A DNA stretch of 64,000 nt from Eledone cirrhosa (GCA_964016885.1 OZ024746.1:91760001-91824000), one strand, 5' to 3'. Positions 1-13,839 are shown, counted from the first letter of the stretch. The notes: generated by a model from the letters alone, not told the origin. Numbers and translations: made by a program.

Positions 1-174
1 GTTGGGTGGGTGGAATGGATGGGTTGGGGGGCAGGGAGGGGTGTGGGAGACGGAATTATGTTGGTCATCCATGTCTGAAATAAAGATGGGTCCTTGCATT
101 CTCGTCCGACAGCGGGAGGTGAATTTATCTTTATCTGTGACATTGTCATTGAGTGTTCAAACTCCAAATTCCGC

Positions 175-421
175 AGTCAACATATAATATGTTGACTGGA
201 CACTTTCTTGTTCACAAGTGTTTTTAGGTATCATATCATGTTACCTTATTTTATCTGATGAGAACGCAATTATCGTCCCAGGATGATATTTGTTTTTGAA
301 ATGCGCATAATAAAATATATGGAACTTTTTTAACCATCTTTTAATTTCTTCTATATATACTCCAGTGAGTGATACTTATCTGATATATGCATAGTTTTAT
401 ATGCATAACTCACCTCCTACA
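175..421 (+). mobile_element. HHR element family A copy (5' hairpin junction, HHR, 3' terminus ...aactcacctcctaca)
   Basis: Homologous to 4165-4335 and 48825-48995. Starts at hairpin cagtcaacatat-aat-atgttgactg. Ends in the reverse complement of the tgtaggaggtgagtt terminus seen at 3899 and 48781. Confidence 0.8.
247..317 (+). ncRNA. Type I hammerhead ribozyme motif (family A)
   Basis: tattttat-CTGATGA-gaacgcaattatcgtcccaggatgatatttgttttt-GAAA-tgcgca-TA-ataaaata. Stem I is 8 bp, stem III is the palindrome tgcgca, triplet AUA. Confidence 0.85.
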
Positions 422-453
422 TTATATTTACACGCACACACACACGCACGCAC

Positions 454-540
<87 letters not shown>

Positions 541-713
541 AAATAAGAGAGATGGTTTTATTCGTACGAATAAGATAAACATGTACGAATAAAACCGCCT
601 CCCTTATTTATTATACTAAAACTCCGAACATTAACTTACGACGAAAATCCTAAGGAACACATCTGTTTAAGAATAAATCGGCAGCTTTTTAATCAAGCAA
701 CTTTCTTTAATTG

Positions 714-769
<56 letters not shown>

Positions 770-966
770 CAATTAGCAAACAGCACGGACACTCTATCTC
801 AAAATTATTTTTGAAAAGCATTTAGAAATGCGCAACCGGTAAAAACTTAAAAACTTAAAACCACAACTGAATACTAACCCATACAATCACTAATACTCTT
901 TTATTCCTAATTAAACCATTTTTCAACTGTGAACAATTTGTCAGCATTTTCTATTCCGTTTACCAA
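770..966 (+). repeat. (TA)n-flanked dispersed repeat (family F); inverted copy at 53425-53630
   Basis: Shared ctctatctcaaaattatttttgaaaagcatt...gaaatgcgcaac and tttgtcagcattttct. Both copies are bounded by TA runs. Confidence 0.65.
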
Positions 967-989
967 TATATATATATATATATATATAT

Positions 990-1205
990 TAGAATTGGTG
1001 CTCTGAAATAGCGATATATATATGAAGGTATATATAGTGTATTTTGCAATACACTGTATGCTTAATTAAAAGCATTTCGAAGACCTTACGCTATTGTTTT
1101 AGAGTAGTGACAGTCTCACTTACTTTAATTTTCAGCAAACAGGGGAGATAAAGCTTTTTGGTGCGCCTGTTTGCTGAAAATTTGGTGCGCCTGTTTGCTG
1201 AGAAT
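990..1205 (-). mobile_element. Family I fold-back fragment (homologous to 11053-11200)
   Basis: aattaaaagcatt...gaagacc...tagtgac...tcacttactt shared with 11070-11150. Inverted pair ttttcagcaaacagg / cctgtttgctgaaaa, with a duplicated tttggtgcgcctgtttgctga. Confidence 0.6.
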
Positions 1206-1474
1206 CATGAATGTTTGATTCTTATAGAATTCTAATAATAATCAGGAACTGATTATACAGAGCGGTTGCCGGTCAAGCAGAAATTGAAAATTTAGTAGAT
1301 GAATTATGTAATATTCATTCATTATTTATTCAAAGTAATCCAACTTATTTTACTAATGGGATAAAAAATCATAAACCGTACGCAGTCCCACGCTTCTTAC
1401 TTTATTATAGTTTAGATGTATTATTTGATGATGAGGAAAGGGTTCAACGGAAGTTATAAAGTAACATTGTTGTC

Positions 1475-1835
1475 AATTACGTGATGTATCGTCTGCTCGC
1501 TCAATTAGTCACGTGATGTATCGTCTGCTCTCTTAATTAGTCACGTGATATATCGTCTGCTCTCTCAATTAGTCTCGTGATATATCGTCTGCTCTCACAA
1601 TTAGTCACGTGATGTATTGTCTGCTCTCACAATTAGTCACGTGATGTATCGTCTGCTCTCTCAATTAGTCACGTGATGTATCGTCTGCTCTCACAATTAG
1701 TCACGTGGTGTTTCATCTGCTCTCTCTCAATTAGTCACGTGATGTATCGTCTGCTCTCTCAATTAGTCACGTGATATATCGTCTGCTCTCTCCAGTCACG
1801 TGATATATCGTCTGCTCTCTCCAGTCATGTGATAC
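1475..1835. repeat. ~32-bp minisatellite containing CACGTG
   Basis: Unit aattagtcacgtgatgtatcgtctgctctctc, about 11 copies. Confidence 0.9.
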
Positions 1836-2334
1836 ACTACAGTTTTTCACTCAGTGAATCTCTCAATGGTAACGTCTCCATTTCCTTTTTCTGTCAGACA
1901 CCAGCTCTTCCTCCCCTCCCACTCCCCCACCCCCTCCTCTCTCTTTCTTCCTTCCCCCACTCCCTCTCTCCCACAACAACGGCTGTCATTTGTTTCTCTC
2001 TTTCTCTCACTGTCTCACATCTACACACACTCACACACACCTACACACACCTATACACACACACACACACCTACACACACTTACATACACCTACACACAC
2101 CTATACACATACACACACCTGCACACACACACAAACCTACACACTCACACACACCTACACACACACCCCTACACACTTACACAAACCTACACACTCACAC
2201 ACACCTACACCTACACACATAATTTAGCTGTAGACATGATCCATCATCCAGTTAAACACCACTGTCTCTCTCTCTAACTCTCTGTCTGTCTGTCTGTCTG
2301 TCTCTCACACTCTCTCTCACTCTCTGTGTGTGTG

Positions 2335-2372
<38 letters not shown>

Positions 2373-2569
2373 TCTCCCTCTCACTCTCCCCCATCTCTCT
2401 CTCCTCTCTGAGGTGAGGTTGGTGGTGGCAGGTCTCATTCTCTATTCTCTCTGCTGAGGCCATGAGGTGGCAACCCTTGAGGTTCTACAGAGAGGTTTTC
2501 CCACATTGTCCAGGAATATATTATTGTGGTGTCATCTGTCTATTATTTTAGTTTTATTTGTATTATTTT

Positions 2570-2745
2570 TGCAGTATCGGTAGACAGTCGGACGCCATGC
2601 TTTCTAGCATAGTTACGTCCCTTTACGTTCTGAGTTTAAATCCCACCGAGGTTAACTTTGACTTTCATCCTTACGGGGTCGATAAAATAAAGTACCAGTA
2701 ATGTACTGGGTAATTGCTGGCCTTGTGCCAAAAGTAGAAACAATT
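2570..2745 (+). mobile_element. tRNA-derived SINE (Nin-domain-like core)
   Basis: A/B-box-like head (gcagtatcggtaga...gagtttaaatccc), core ctttcatccttacggggtcgataaaataaagtacc, tail ggccttgtgccaaaagtagaaacaattatt. More than 14 copies in the window. Confidence 0.85.
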
Positions 2746-2761
2746 ATTTTTATTATTTTCG

Positions 2762-2962
2762 TGGATTGGAAGTATCGGTAGAGCCTCGAACAACATGCTT
2801 TGTGGCATTGAGTTACGGCCCTTTACGTTATAAGTTCAAATCCTGCCGAGGTTAACTTTGCCTTTCATCCTTATGGAGTCAATAAAATAACATACAGGGG
2901 TCGATTTAATCGGCTTTCCTCTCCCCTAAAAATGCTGGCCTTCTACCTATAGTAAAAATAAT
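2762..2962 (+). mobile_element. tRNA-derived SINE (same family)
   Basis: Same head and core as 2570-2745. Confidence 0.8.
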
Positions 2963-3000
2963 TGTTTCTACATTTGGCACAAGGACATATATATAGTCTA

Positions 3001-3040
3001 ACAAAGTTCTTTCGTTGCACATCTACAACATCGTCAGTGG
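3001..3040 (-). ncRNA. Variant hammerhead motif (extra nucleotide after CUGANGA)
   Basis: Minus strand: ca-CTGACGA-t-gttgta-gatg-tgcaac-GAAA-gaac-TT-tg. Stem I is weak. Confidence 0.55.
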
Positions 3041-3187
3041 TGCTATTATGTTTCCTCCTGTTGTATTGTATGTCTATGCCATCTTTATTTAATCTGTTTA
3101 TTTATTTAATTATTTTTGTCTTCTACTGTATTCCAATTGTTCGTGAGACTAAGCTTGGTAGAGCTTATACTCAGTAGTGTTTATTAA

Positions 3188-3232
3188 GCTCTGATGATTC
3201 CTACCCAACGGTATGGATGAAACATTGTAAGC
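3188..3232 (+). ncRNA. Type I hammerhead motif
   Basis: gct-CTGATGA-ttcctacccaacggtatggat-GAAA-cattg-TA-agc, followed by aataaa and, about 45 nt later, (TA)n. Confidence 0.7.
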
Positions 3233-3275
3233 AAATAAAAACTGTTTGAGTATGTAAGCGTTCTTTGGTTTCTTT

Positions 3276-3352
<77 letters not shown>

Positions 3353-3358
3353 GATATA

Positions 3359-4335
<977 letters not shown>

Positions 4336-4378
4336 TATATATATATATATATTATATATATATATATTATATATATAT

Positions 4379-4506
<128 letters not shown>

Positions 4507-4567
4507 GTATATATATTTATATATACTGTATATGTATATACCGTATATATATATATATATATATATA

Positions 4568-5390
4568 ATTGGTGTGGGATGCTTAAAGTGTCCATATGCG
4601 GTATGTCGTTTGAGCACTCGATGCTCTTACAGAGCAGAATATAATATCACACAAGAAACGGAGAATCAATCGTGCGACGAATTAAAATTTATTAGACATA
4701 TTACAATCGTTTCTCTGGCGACCAGCTCGAGGCACGATCGATTCAATGATCGAACCTGACTCTGAAATCGCAAGATCCTCAGATACGTCTCGATTTTTCG
4801 AAGCAGAGTTTCCAAATGTCCAGTTAAACTTGCGGCCTTCTCTCGCAAGCTTGTGTCCTGTTGTTGTCTGTCGATGAATGGTCAAGAATTGTACACGTCA
4901 TCGGTATTTCTGACCACTCATGACCGTCATTTTTCTGGTTCCATTCATATGTCACCTGTCAATCAAAGTTGTTTCTTTTAGCAGAGTTACTGCTGTAGGA
5001 GGCAAGAGGCTGTATGTTTGGAACGCTCGCGCCCTGCCGCAGCGTTCCTGGCCTCTAAACGGCCACACCCATCTCCATGTTTCGCGCAGGCGTGATACAT
5101 ATACACACCCGCAACTGTATTATATACGAAAATCACAGTAAATATTAAATGTACAGCGAATACTTAGAAAGAATTTTTTAATGGTGGAAAAACATTTTTA
5201 AAAACAACGTTTCAGAAAAACACACCCTCAAAATACCTTAAAAGCATAAGCATGAAATCGCAAGATCCTCAGAGTCAGGTTCGATCATTGAATCGATCGT
5301 GCCTCGAGCTGGTCGCCAGAGAAACGATTGTAATATGTCTAATAAATTTTAATTCGTCGCACCACTGATTCTCCGTTTCTTATGTGATAT
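4568..5390. mobile_element. Family B fold-back element in (TA)n
   Basis: 4645-4764 is the reverse complement of 5270-5390. The left terminus aattggtgt(g/t)ggatgcttaaag is shared with 6433. Confidence 0.85.
4695..4789 (-). ncRNA. Type I hammerhead motif with long stem II (family B)
   Basis: Minus strand: gacgtat-CTGAGGA-tcttgcgatt...ggtcgccaga-GAAA-cgattg-TA-atatgtc, then taataaa. Confidence 0.8.
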
Positions 5391-5606
5391 ATATATATAT
5401 ATGTTTTTATTCATTGTTTTTATTAATTTATATATATATATATATATATATACCGTATATATATATATATATATATATATCGTATATATATGTATATATA
5501 TATATATTATTAAACATATCATCCCACTTTTCAATATAAATTCAGATATACTGCAATAATAATTACCTTTTGCCACAGTTCATATTCATATAAAATTAAA
5601 TATTTA

Positions 5607-6105
5607 TTGTTATACTTTGGGAGAGTCATGTTGCCAATAAAAACACATGTATCTGTTGGTTTTCATTTCAATTTATTACAAGTTTCCGGTTGGTTCGTTG
5701 GTTCGATAACCGGTAGGTTGTTTATTTATATTAAAAGCTCTTTCGTTACACATTCTGCGACCTCCTCAGTGACTAGGTTTTTATTTTGTGTGTCACTCCT
5801 TTGTTCTGTTCTACATCATCTTGTTTTGGTGTGTTGTGTGGTTTAGTTTGTGCATGTGTTACACCTGGGTATGTGTCTGTGACGCACAAAATAAAAACCT
5901 ACTCACTGTGCGACAAAAGAGCTTTGACAATATATAAACAACTTTCCGGTTATTGAACCAACCAACCAACCAATTGGAAACTTATAATAAATTGAAGTGA
6001 AAACCAACAGGTGTGTGTGTTTTATTGGCAGCATCACCCTCCCAAAGTATAACAATATCTGTTTCAACACGTTTTCAGATAAGAAATTTTGCAAAACAAA
6101 TTAAA
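5607..6105. mobile_element. Diverged family G inverted pair with a degenerate HHR at 5731-5773 (-)
   Basis: 5607-5800 and 5880-6060 are diverged reverse complements. Minus strand: gtca-CTGAGGA-g-gtcgcagaatgtgtaac-GAAA-gagc-TT. Confidence 0.7.
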
Positions 6106-6432
6106 AGATGAATTAAATATTTATTTTTCTTCTCTAAATGTCTAAAACACAATCTCACAGCTCATTCAACTCATACTATAGGCTGACTATGAAGGGGTGA
6201 TGCTAGAGCTGTGAAATATTGCATGCGTTAACTCTATTGTGTTTGTGTCCCGACAGAAAGTATCCAGCCTACACTGTAAATATAGTTGGTGTTAGGAAGG
6301 GTATCCAGACATAGAAACCAGTTCTGTATGAGTAAGACATAGTCATCTGACCTCACTGCTCTCATAACAGGACAACTCGTCTAACCCATGTTAAACGATG
6401 ATGATGATGGTAACATATATATATATATATAT

Positions 6433-6630
6433 AATTGGTGTTGGATGCTTAAAGCGTTCATATGCGGTAGGCCGTATGAGCACTCGATGCCCTTGTAGAG
6501 CAGAGTATGATATCTGAGAAAAAAGAGAATCAGTGTTGCGATGAAAGGAATTTATTGGACATATTACAATTGTAATATGTCCAATACATTCCTTTCATCG
6601 CAACACTGATTCTCTGTTTTCTCAGATATA
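6433..6630. mobile_element. Family B short fold-back element with its axis at HHR stem III
   Basis: Arms 6509-6569 and 6570-6630 meet at ttacaattgtaa. Flanked by TA runs. Confidence 0.9.
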
Positions 6631-6694
6631 TATATATATGTGTGTGTGTGTTGGGGATGGCCTGGATCGTCCCCCACTTAATTAGCCCCAATGT

Positions 6695-7207
6695 CGTGGA
6701 GTTTCCTTCATTTACCTGGGCTCACCAACAATGGAGACCTGACTCCAGATATCAACTGCAGATATAGTCTGGCCACTGGGGTCATGCACTCTTTATGGAA
6801 ACCCCTTTCATGCCACTACTCCATCTCCCAAAAGACGAAGCTTCATATCTCTATGGAGCAGAAATGTGGCCCTTCACAAAGACCCTGGTAAAGAGGATTG
6901 ATGGCTTCAACAGTCCTGGGGACTATTGAGAACATCAGTTGGTGCCACCATGTTTTCAACAAATAATTGTGTGCACGCATACACCTGCCTGTAGCTTCCC
7001 ACCTCAAAGAGATCTACTGCGCGCAGTAGTAGGGACATGTCCTCCATCTGCTGCCAGATCATTCTACCAGGGCCTTACTCTTGGAGGATGCAGAGGGGCC
7101 GCCACAAAGCCACCAGTGAGAGAGGGACCTGATAGGCCCTACACATGATGAAGCCTCTGGGATTACTGACCTAAGATGACCCCAGTCAAGAGCAAGAAGA
7201 AGAAGAC
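6695..7207 (+). pseudogene. Degenerate 3' fragment of an RTE-clade LINE with (AAG)n tail
   Basis: DINCRYSLATGVMHSL...ISQKTKLHI and YGAEMWPFTKTLVKRIDGF resemble the post-RT region of RTE proteins. Confidence 0.6.
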
Positions 7208-8279
7208 TGTGTATATATCATCACCTTTTAACATCTATTTTCCATGGGTTAGATAGGTTGTTAGATTCTGAGGTTAGACTGGTCAGAGGACCATGTTTCA
7301 CCTGTTTCCTTTCAGGCTGGGTTTCTATGGCTGAGTGTCCCTCCTAACACCAACCACTCTACAGTGTGTACTGGGAGCATGGTTTCTAAGACTGGATATC
7401 CTTCCTAACACCAACCACTGTACAGTGTGTACTGGGAGCACTATCACTTTACAGTGTGGACTGGTTGCTTATAAATCTACAGAGAGGGTTAGATGCTTCT
7501 TCTTGTGGTAGCAGCAATACCATTTTACATGTGTGTACATATAACATCATCTTTATTATAGTGTTTCATGTTCGATGTCGCTCTTCTCCTTAACTCTTAC
7601 ACCCAGTCCTTTCTCCTCACAATGCTGCTCTTCTGGAATTCTCTCTTTACACAGGGTTTTTCCCTGCAGCGTCAACTTCTACATTTTTTATGCTCTGAGT
7701 TCAAATTCCGCCAAGGTTAGCTTTGCTTTTCATGCTTACAGGGTTGATAAAATAAAGTACCAGTAATGCACTGGGTCAGTGTAATTAACTTTCCACTCTT
7801 TCGAAATTGCTGACCTTGTGCCTAAATCAGAAACCATTATTTTTAGATGGCTTGGAAAGCCCAGTTCCTTCCTCCAGAGCAATCCAGTAAAGAAAAAGTC
7901 CCTTTACCTTTGCCAGTGTAGAACTGTTTAACCAGTAGTCTAACAAGTTGTGACGACATATAGTTGCAGGCTTAGTTTTGTAATAAAAGGAAACAACAAC
8001 AATAGCCCCTGCCCCAGATCCCTCCCTCTTTGCTAGAAGTAGTAGTAAGAGGAACATGTTTCAGTCAGTTGAATAAGTACAAGTGTAAAGTGTTTCATTA
8101 AGTGTGACTATAAGAAAGGAAATATAACCTTCATCTTAATTTAATAATCTGAGTCTGAAATTACAGCCAGGGTAGGTGGGTAGAAAGCTGATATTTTGTA
8201 CTCTTTTGACAGGAAAGGTTGAGAAATTATTCATGCGTAGCTCCACATATACTGATAAATAAGTAAATAGATGTGTAAG

Positions 8280-8310
<31 letters not shown>

Positions 8311-9097
8311 GTAAATATGTAGTTACATGTATAGACAGACAGAGAGATATAAATAGATAAAAGTATATACATAGACAGATATAGCTAAAGAAACACAGAC
8401 ACACACATACACACACACTCACTCACTCACACACACTCACACAACACACACACACACATACACACACACACAGGTAAATTGATAAACAGATTGATAAACT
8501 AAACTTGAAATACAATACCCTGCTGTAGTTGAATAGGTAACAGGTGTTTGAATGACAACATCCTAACTGCCAAAATCTAGCTATTATATACAAGGAGATG
8601 CAAACTTTTCATAAGCACGTTCATTTTATCTGTTAAAAATCTTCCTTCCTCCTCAGGGCTTTTACAATGTCTTCTATATTTCATCGTAAAATAAAAATAA
8701 ACAAAAGCAAAAACAAATTATCTGCAACATCCCAGAAATATCTATTTTCTGAATCTTATAAAACCAACCAAGGAGTTGACATCAGTTCAGGCCTCAAAAA
8801 AAGGTTAGGAAAATCAGGACTAGAATATCACAGCAGGTTTAAATGACAAAAACAACTATATATATGTTAGGAAAAAAAACTGTGAAAAGAGGGCAATAGC
8901 TCTGAAATATCATGTTGAAATACACTGGGTAACAACATTATTTTCTTTTGTTTCATTTCTCATCATTTGCCCTTCGTATATTTCTGCTGTAATGTGCCGA
9001 CTTTAAAATAAATGTATCTGGCTTTTACTACATATCTCACAATGTTTCGTATTAACTACACTACTACATATATACATACATGAATGTATGTATAGTA

Positions 9098-11052
9098 TCA
9101 TCATCATCATCATCGTTTAACGTCCATTTTCCACAATAGCATGGGTCTGGACGGGAATTGTCCCACTTGAGGCAAGATTGGTTGTCTTGTTCAGGACTGC
9201 CTGGTGGGTTTTCTACGGCTGGAGGCCCTTCCTAACACCAACCACGTTTACAGTGTGGACTGGGAGGTTTTTACCATGTTACCTACACAGCCACATTACA
9301 GTGTGGACTGTGTGTTTTTTTGTCGTGACACCTTCACGACCTCATTTTTTTAGGACTGGATGTTGTGGCACCGACATAACTTTAGGTGTAGATGGGAGTG
9401 GGAGTAAGGGTAGTGGGGTGGGGTGTATTTTTGGTTAGGAGGTGCCTACTGACTGTAGGTTTCGCTTTGTACTTAGGCAAGGAAGGTCTTCTGTATTACT
9501 ACGTAGCGCCAAAGATCTCGGTCCAGTGACATTGTCTTGGAGAGGTGTAAGTGTGTGAGGTCGGATTTTATCAAGTCGTCCCAGGTTTTTCTGGGTCTGC
9601 CTACTCCGTGGCTACCGTCTATTTTTATCGTCCTGCACTTTTTTATACAGCTGTCATCTTTCATGCGCATCACGTGACCATACGAATGTAGTCTTCTCTC
9701 GAGTAAACAGCATCTGATCCCTCTTATTCCTAATTTCTCACTTAGTTCATTTATGCTTTGCCGTTCGCGAATATTACTATTACACATCCAGCGGAGCATG
9801 CAAGCTTCGTTCCTCTCCAGTCTGCGTAGATCCTCTGCACACAAGCCCCATGTCTCACTGCTATGTAACATCGCTGTTCGAATGCAGGCATCATACAGCC
9901 TGCCTTTTATTTTTAGAGGGAAACCTTTAGTGGCCAATAGTGGTATAAGCTCTCTGAACTTTTTCCATCCCGTTCTGACTCTAGCTACTGTACTTTCAGA
10001 GAACCCTCCACCACTGCTGATTTTGTCACCCAGGTAATGGAAGGTGTCCACTATTTCTTTAGAACCATCTGGGCAATGGAATGAGCTAGTATTCTGTGGG
10101 CATTTGCTGCTACTTATTGCACCTGAGCACCGGCCACATATAAAATCTATATTCTTAGTTAGCTTACCTGTGATCCCACTACATCTTTTATGCACCCATA
10201 CTTTGCATTTGGGACATAAAATGGAGTTTCTGCCTACTCCTTTCCTACACACTGAGCATGGCCATTTCCCAGATGGGACCAGTGCCCTATTCTCCTTCCT
10301 ACATATTAGGACTTTAGTCTTAGACAAGTTAACTTTAAGGCCTTTTGATTCTAGGCCATGCTTCCATGTTTGGAATTTCTTCTCTAGTTCAGCCATTGAT
10401 TCGGCTATGAGTGTTAGATCATCTGCGTATAGAAGTTCCCATGGGTAGCCGGTCTTGAACTCCTCTGTTATAGCTTGGCGGGCGATAATAATAGGAGGGG
10501 GCTAAGGACGGAGCCCTGATGAACACCAACTTTTACGCTAAACTCTTCACTATATTCGTTGTTAATTCTAACCTTGCTGAGTGTTTCTTTATACATGGCT
10601 TGTATAGCTCTCACAAACCATTCATCTACACGTAGTTTTCTAAGAGCCCACCAGATAACGGAGCGGGGGACTCTGTCAAAGGTTTTCTCCAGGTCTACAA
10701 AAGCTAACTAGAGGGGTTTACTTTTAGCTAGGTACTTCTCCTGTAGTTGTCATACAATGAAAAGAGCGTCTGTGGTACTTTTACCTGACACAAACCTGAA
10801 CTACATTTCATCTAGATTAATTCGCTCTCTGATTAGTTGCGCTATTACTTTTTCTGTGACCTTCATGACCTGGTCAATTAATTTAATGCCTCTATAGTTT
10901 CCCCTATCTAGGGTGTCTCCTTTACCCTTGTAGCAGTTAATGATGATGCTGCTACGCCAGTCCTTTGGTACGACCCCATTCTGTATAACTTGGTTTACTA
11001 TCCGGGTGACCATAGTGTGACCCACCATTCCAGATGCTTTCAGCATTTCAGC
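9098..11052 (-). mobile_element. 5'-truncated RTE-clade LINE (RT with stops and frameshift), (GAT)n tail
   Basis: Motifs YKGKGD..NYRGIKL, FVDLEKTFDRV, GVHQGSVLSP, LYADD, FHYLG, YGHVMRM, GRPRKTW. Tail (cat)n at 9098-9113. Confidence 0.93.
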
Positions 11053-11154
11053 AATATACCGTATGTTTAATTAAAAACATTTAGAAGACCATATGCTATC
11101 AGTTTTAAAGTAGTGACTTGTCACTTACTTCTTTTCAGCGAAAGAAGGGAGAGA

Positions 11155-11196
11155 AGCTAACAGTCTGTTTCACGCTGGTTGGCGTTCATCAGAGCC
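11155..11196 (-). ncRNA. Type I hammerhead motif (family I)
   Basis: Minus strand: ggct-CTGATGA-acgc-caacca-gcgt-GAAA-cagactg-TT-agct. Next to a TA run at 11199. Confidence 0.8.
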
Positions 11197-11211
11197 TCAT
11201 ATATATATATA

Positions 11212-11688
11212 TCATCATCATCATCACCATCATCGTTTAATGCCCATCTTCCACGCTAGAATGGGTTAGACGGTTTTGTTCCATCTGGTGCGGGAATGGT
11301 TGGGAGACCGTGTCTCGCTCATATAGAAGTGTCTCTGGCTGGTTTTCTACGACTGGATGCCCTTCCTAACACCAACCGCAGACTGGGAGCCTTTTTACCA
11401 TGTCTCCTACACGACCCCCTTACAGTGTCAACTGGATGCTTTTTGTTGTGTCATCGACACATTGGACGGAAATGGGAGGATGGGGTAGAGTGTGTGGGTG
11501 GGGTGTATATTGGGTTAAGAAGTGGCTATTGACTGTAGGTTTAAGTTTGTATGCAAGGGAAGGTGGGTCTTCTGTAAAACTGCATAGCACCAAAGATCTT
11601 GATCCAGTGACATTGTCTTAGAGAGGTCTAAGTGAGCAAGGTCAGTTTTTATCACCTTGTCCCAGGTTTTTCTTGGCCTACCCACTCC
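11212..11688 (-). mobile_element. Short 3' fragment of the same RTE subfamily
   Basis: Collinear with 9098-9610. Confidence 0.8.
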
Positions 11689-11700
11689 ATATATATATAT

Positions 11701-11995
11701 AATTCAAATTAAAAGATATATGTCTATATAGAGAGAGAAAGTCATATGTTGCTAGAGAACCTCATAGTATTTAGGAAAAAGTAGATACTTTAAGGAGGAA
11801 ATGTTATTTTCCTCCTTCAAGTATCTACTTTTTCCTCAATATCATGTGCTCTATATATATATGTACAAAATACTATGTGTTTCTTTAACAATATATGACT
11901 CTTTCTCTCTCTATATATATATATACATATAGCTTTTAATTTGAATTATTGATGCTCTGAAAAATGTCAATTGAGCTTTTCTACTGAGAAACATA
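11701..11995. mobile_element. Diverged fold-back element next to (TA)n (no HHR seen)
   Basis: aattcaaattaaaag...aggaaaaagtagatactttaaggaggaaa / tttcctccttcaagtatctactttttcct...cttttaatttgaatt. Confidence 0.75.
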
Positions 11996-12529
11996 ATCAT
12001 CATACATATATATGTTGATATTTTAACTTGATGTGTGTGTGTGTATATATGTATATATAAAGGGCGGAAGAACTTATAAGAGTCAACGGCCATCCAAAAG
12101 TGTGTAAATATGTATATACACATGTACCGCATGGTTAAGCCACTGGAAGTGAAGAACCCCTAGCCTTTGTCAGGGCATTCTTCTAGGAGAAAGCAACTCA
12201 GGAAACTGGGATAACTCCGATATAAAACCTGCGGCTCAGTAGTTACCGATGATGTTGATATTATCTTCTTTTCGGGTTATAGCTACTGACGCTCAGAGAG
12301 TGGGATTGGCTCAGTGGACAGTCTTTCCTCACTTTAAAAAATATCTTCATGCACAGCCATTGCACGATAGAATTAATTAATAATTATTAATAATGGTATA
12401 TCATGCAATGGCCATACTTGATAATGAGGAGGCAGCCATCATATATAATATATATATGTGTATATATATATATGGGGGGGGTCTCTACCTTTTACCAATA
12501 TATATATGTGTATATATATATGGGTAAAT

Positions 12530-12760
12530 GGTAAAGACCCCACTTTGGTCATGAAACACCATGGGATTTGCACCTAGAAAGTTCCCCTCCGAGGCCCAAG
12601 TCCAGGTAAGGTTTGTTTGTGGAAGACCAACAGTCACCCATACTACCAGTCTCCCCTCACCACGCCACCGATGTTGTGCAAGGGAAAGGCAAAGACCGAT
12701 ACAGCTTGACACCAGTGACATTGTAACTCATTTCTACAGCTTGAATTGAATTGCATCAAT
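12530..12760 (-). mobile_element. SINE 3' part (homologous to 20330-20526)
   Basis: ggtaaagaccccactttggtcatga...gatacagcttgacaccagtgaca matches the reverse complement of 20338-20526. Confidence 0.65.
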
Positions 12761-13139
12761 GTTTACCATATATATATATATTGTCACTCATTCTTTAATA
12801 TTGATGAAATATATACCAGTAATATATTGGTACCAAAGCAATCAACACATACTGGCTCAACACATACTGGAATCAATAATTATCTTAAGAGACTATTTAA
12901 CCTTTGAAGCTGAACTGAAACCATATAATTAATTATATTAATTATTATTTAGATACAAATTGATCTACTCAATGTTGATTAAAATTTTAAACAAATTTGC
13001 ATAATTGCCAACAATTTAATTCTAAAATTATTTGATAATTATCTATTTCAGAAGTCAATATTTATAATTTAAATATTTAATTTCAATATCATCTTGGACT
13101 GTTTTCAAATGTAGAGTTACTGTTGATTCATGGGTAATA

Positions 13140-13552
13140 TAATGTTTGATTCCTGGGTCACATGATGTTTGATTCCTGGGTCATGTGTAGTTTGATTCCT
13201 GGGTCACATGATGTTTGATTGGGTCATGTGATATTTGATTCCTGGGTCATGTGATGTTTGATTTCTGGGTCACATGATGTTTGATTGGGCCATGTGATGT
13301 TTGATTCCTGGATCATGTGATGTTTGATTCTTGGGTCATATGATGTTTGATTCCTGGCTCATGTGATGTTTGATTCCTGAGTCACATGATGTTTGATTCC
13401 TGGGTCACATGTGTTTGATTCCTGGGTCACGTGATGTTTGATTCCTGGGTCACATGATATTTGATTCCTGGGTCATGTCATGTTTGATTCCTGGGTCATG
13501 TCATGTTTGATTCATGGGTCACGTGATTTTTGATTCCTGGGTCATGTGATGT
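13140..13552. repeat. ~23-bp minisatellite
   Basis: Unit tgatgtttgattcctgggtca(ca/tg), about 18 copies. Confidence 0.9.
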
Positions 13553-13839
13553 GAAAAACCAAGAATATGTAATAAAGTAAATATCAACATAGAAAGGAAG
13601 AAACTATTATGATGTTGGTTGATTTGTGCAGACAAATTAGTGATTGGGAAAAGATCAATAACAGGTGGGAAATTTTCAAATGGTTTTCAAGACCTGAATA
13701 CAACTTAAAATATTGTATTGATTCATTAATCCAAGGTCATTTAAGATTGAAGAGAAAGTACATGGGATCCACACAAATATTGGAATACAAATCAGAAATA
13801 CATTTGTTTTATCTGAAACAAATATTTTTCATTGATTAA

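Noticed and set aside
770-966. HHR in family F (gaaatgcgca)
   Set aside because: No CUGANGA upstream and no UH triplet in either copy.
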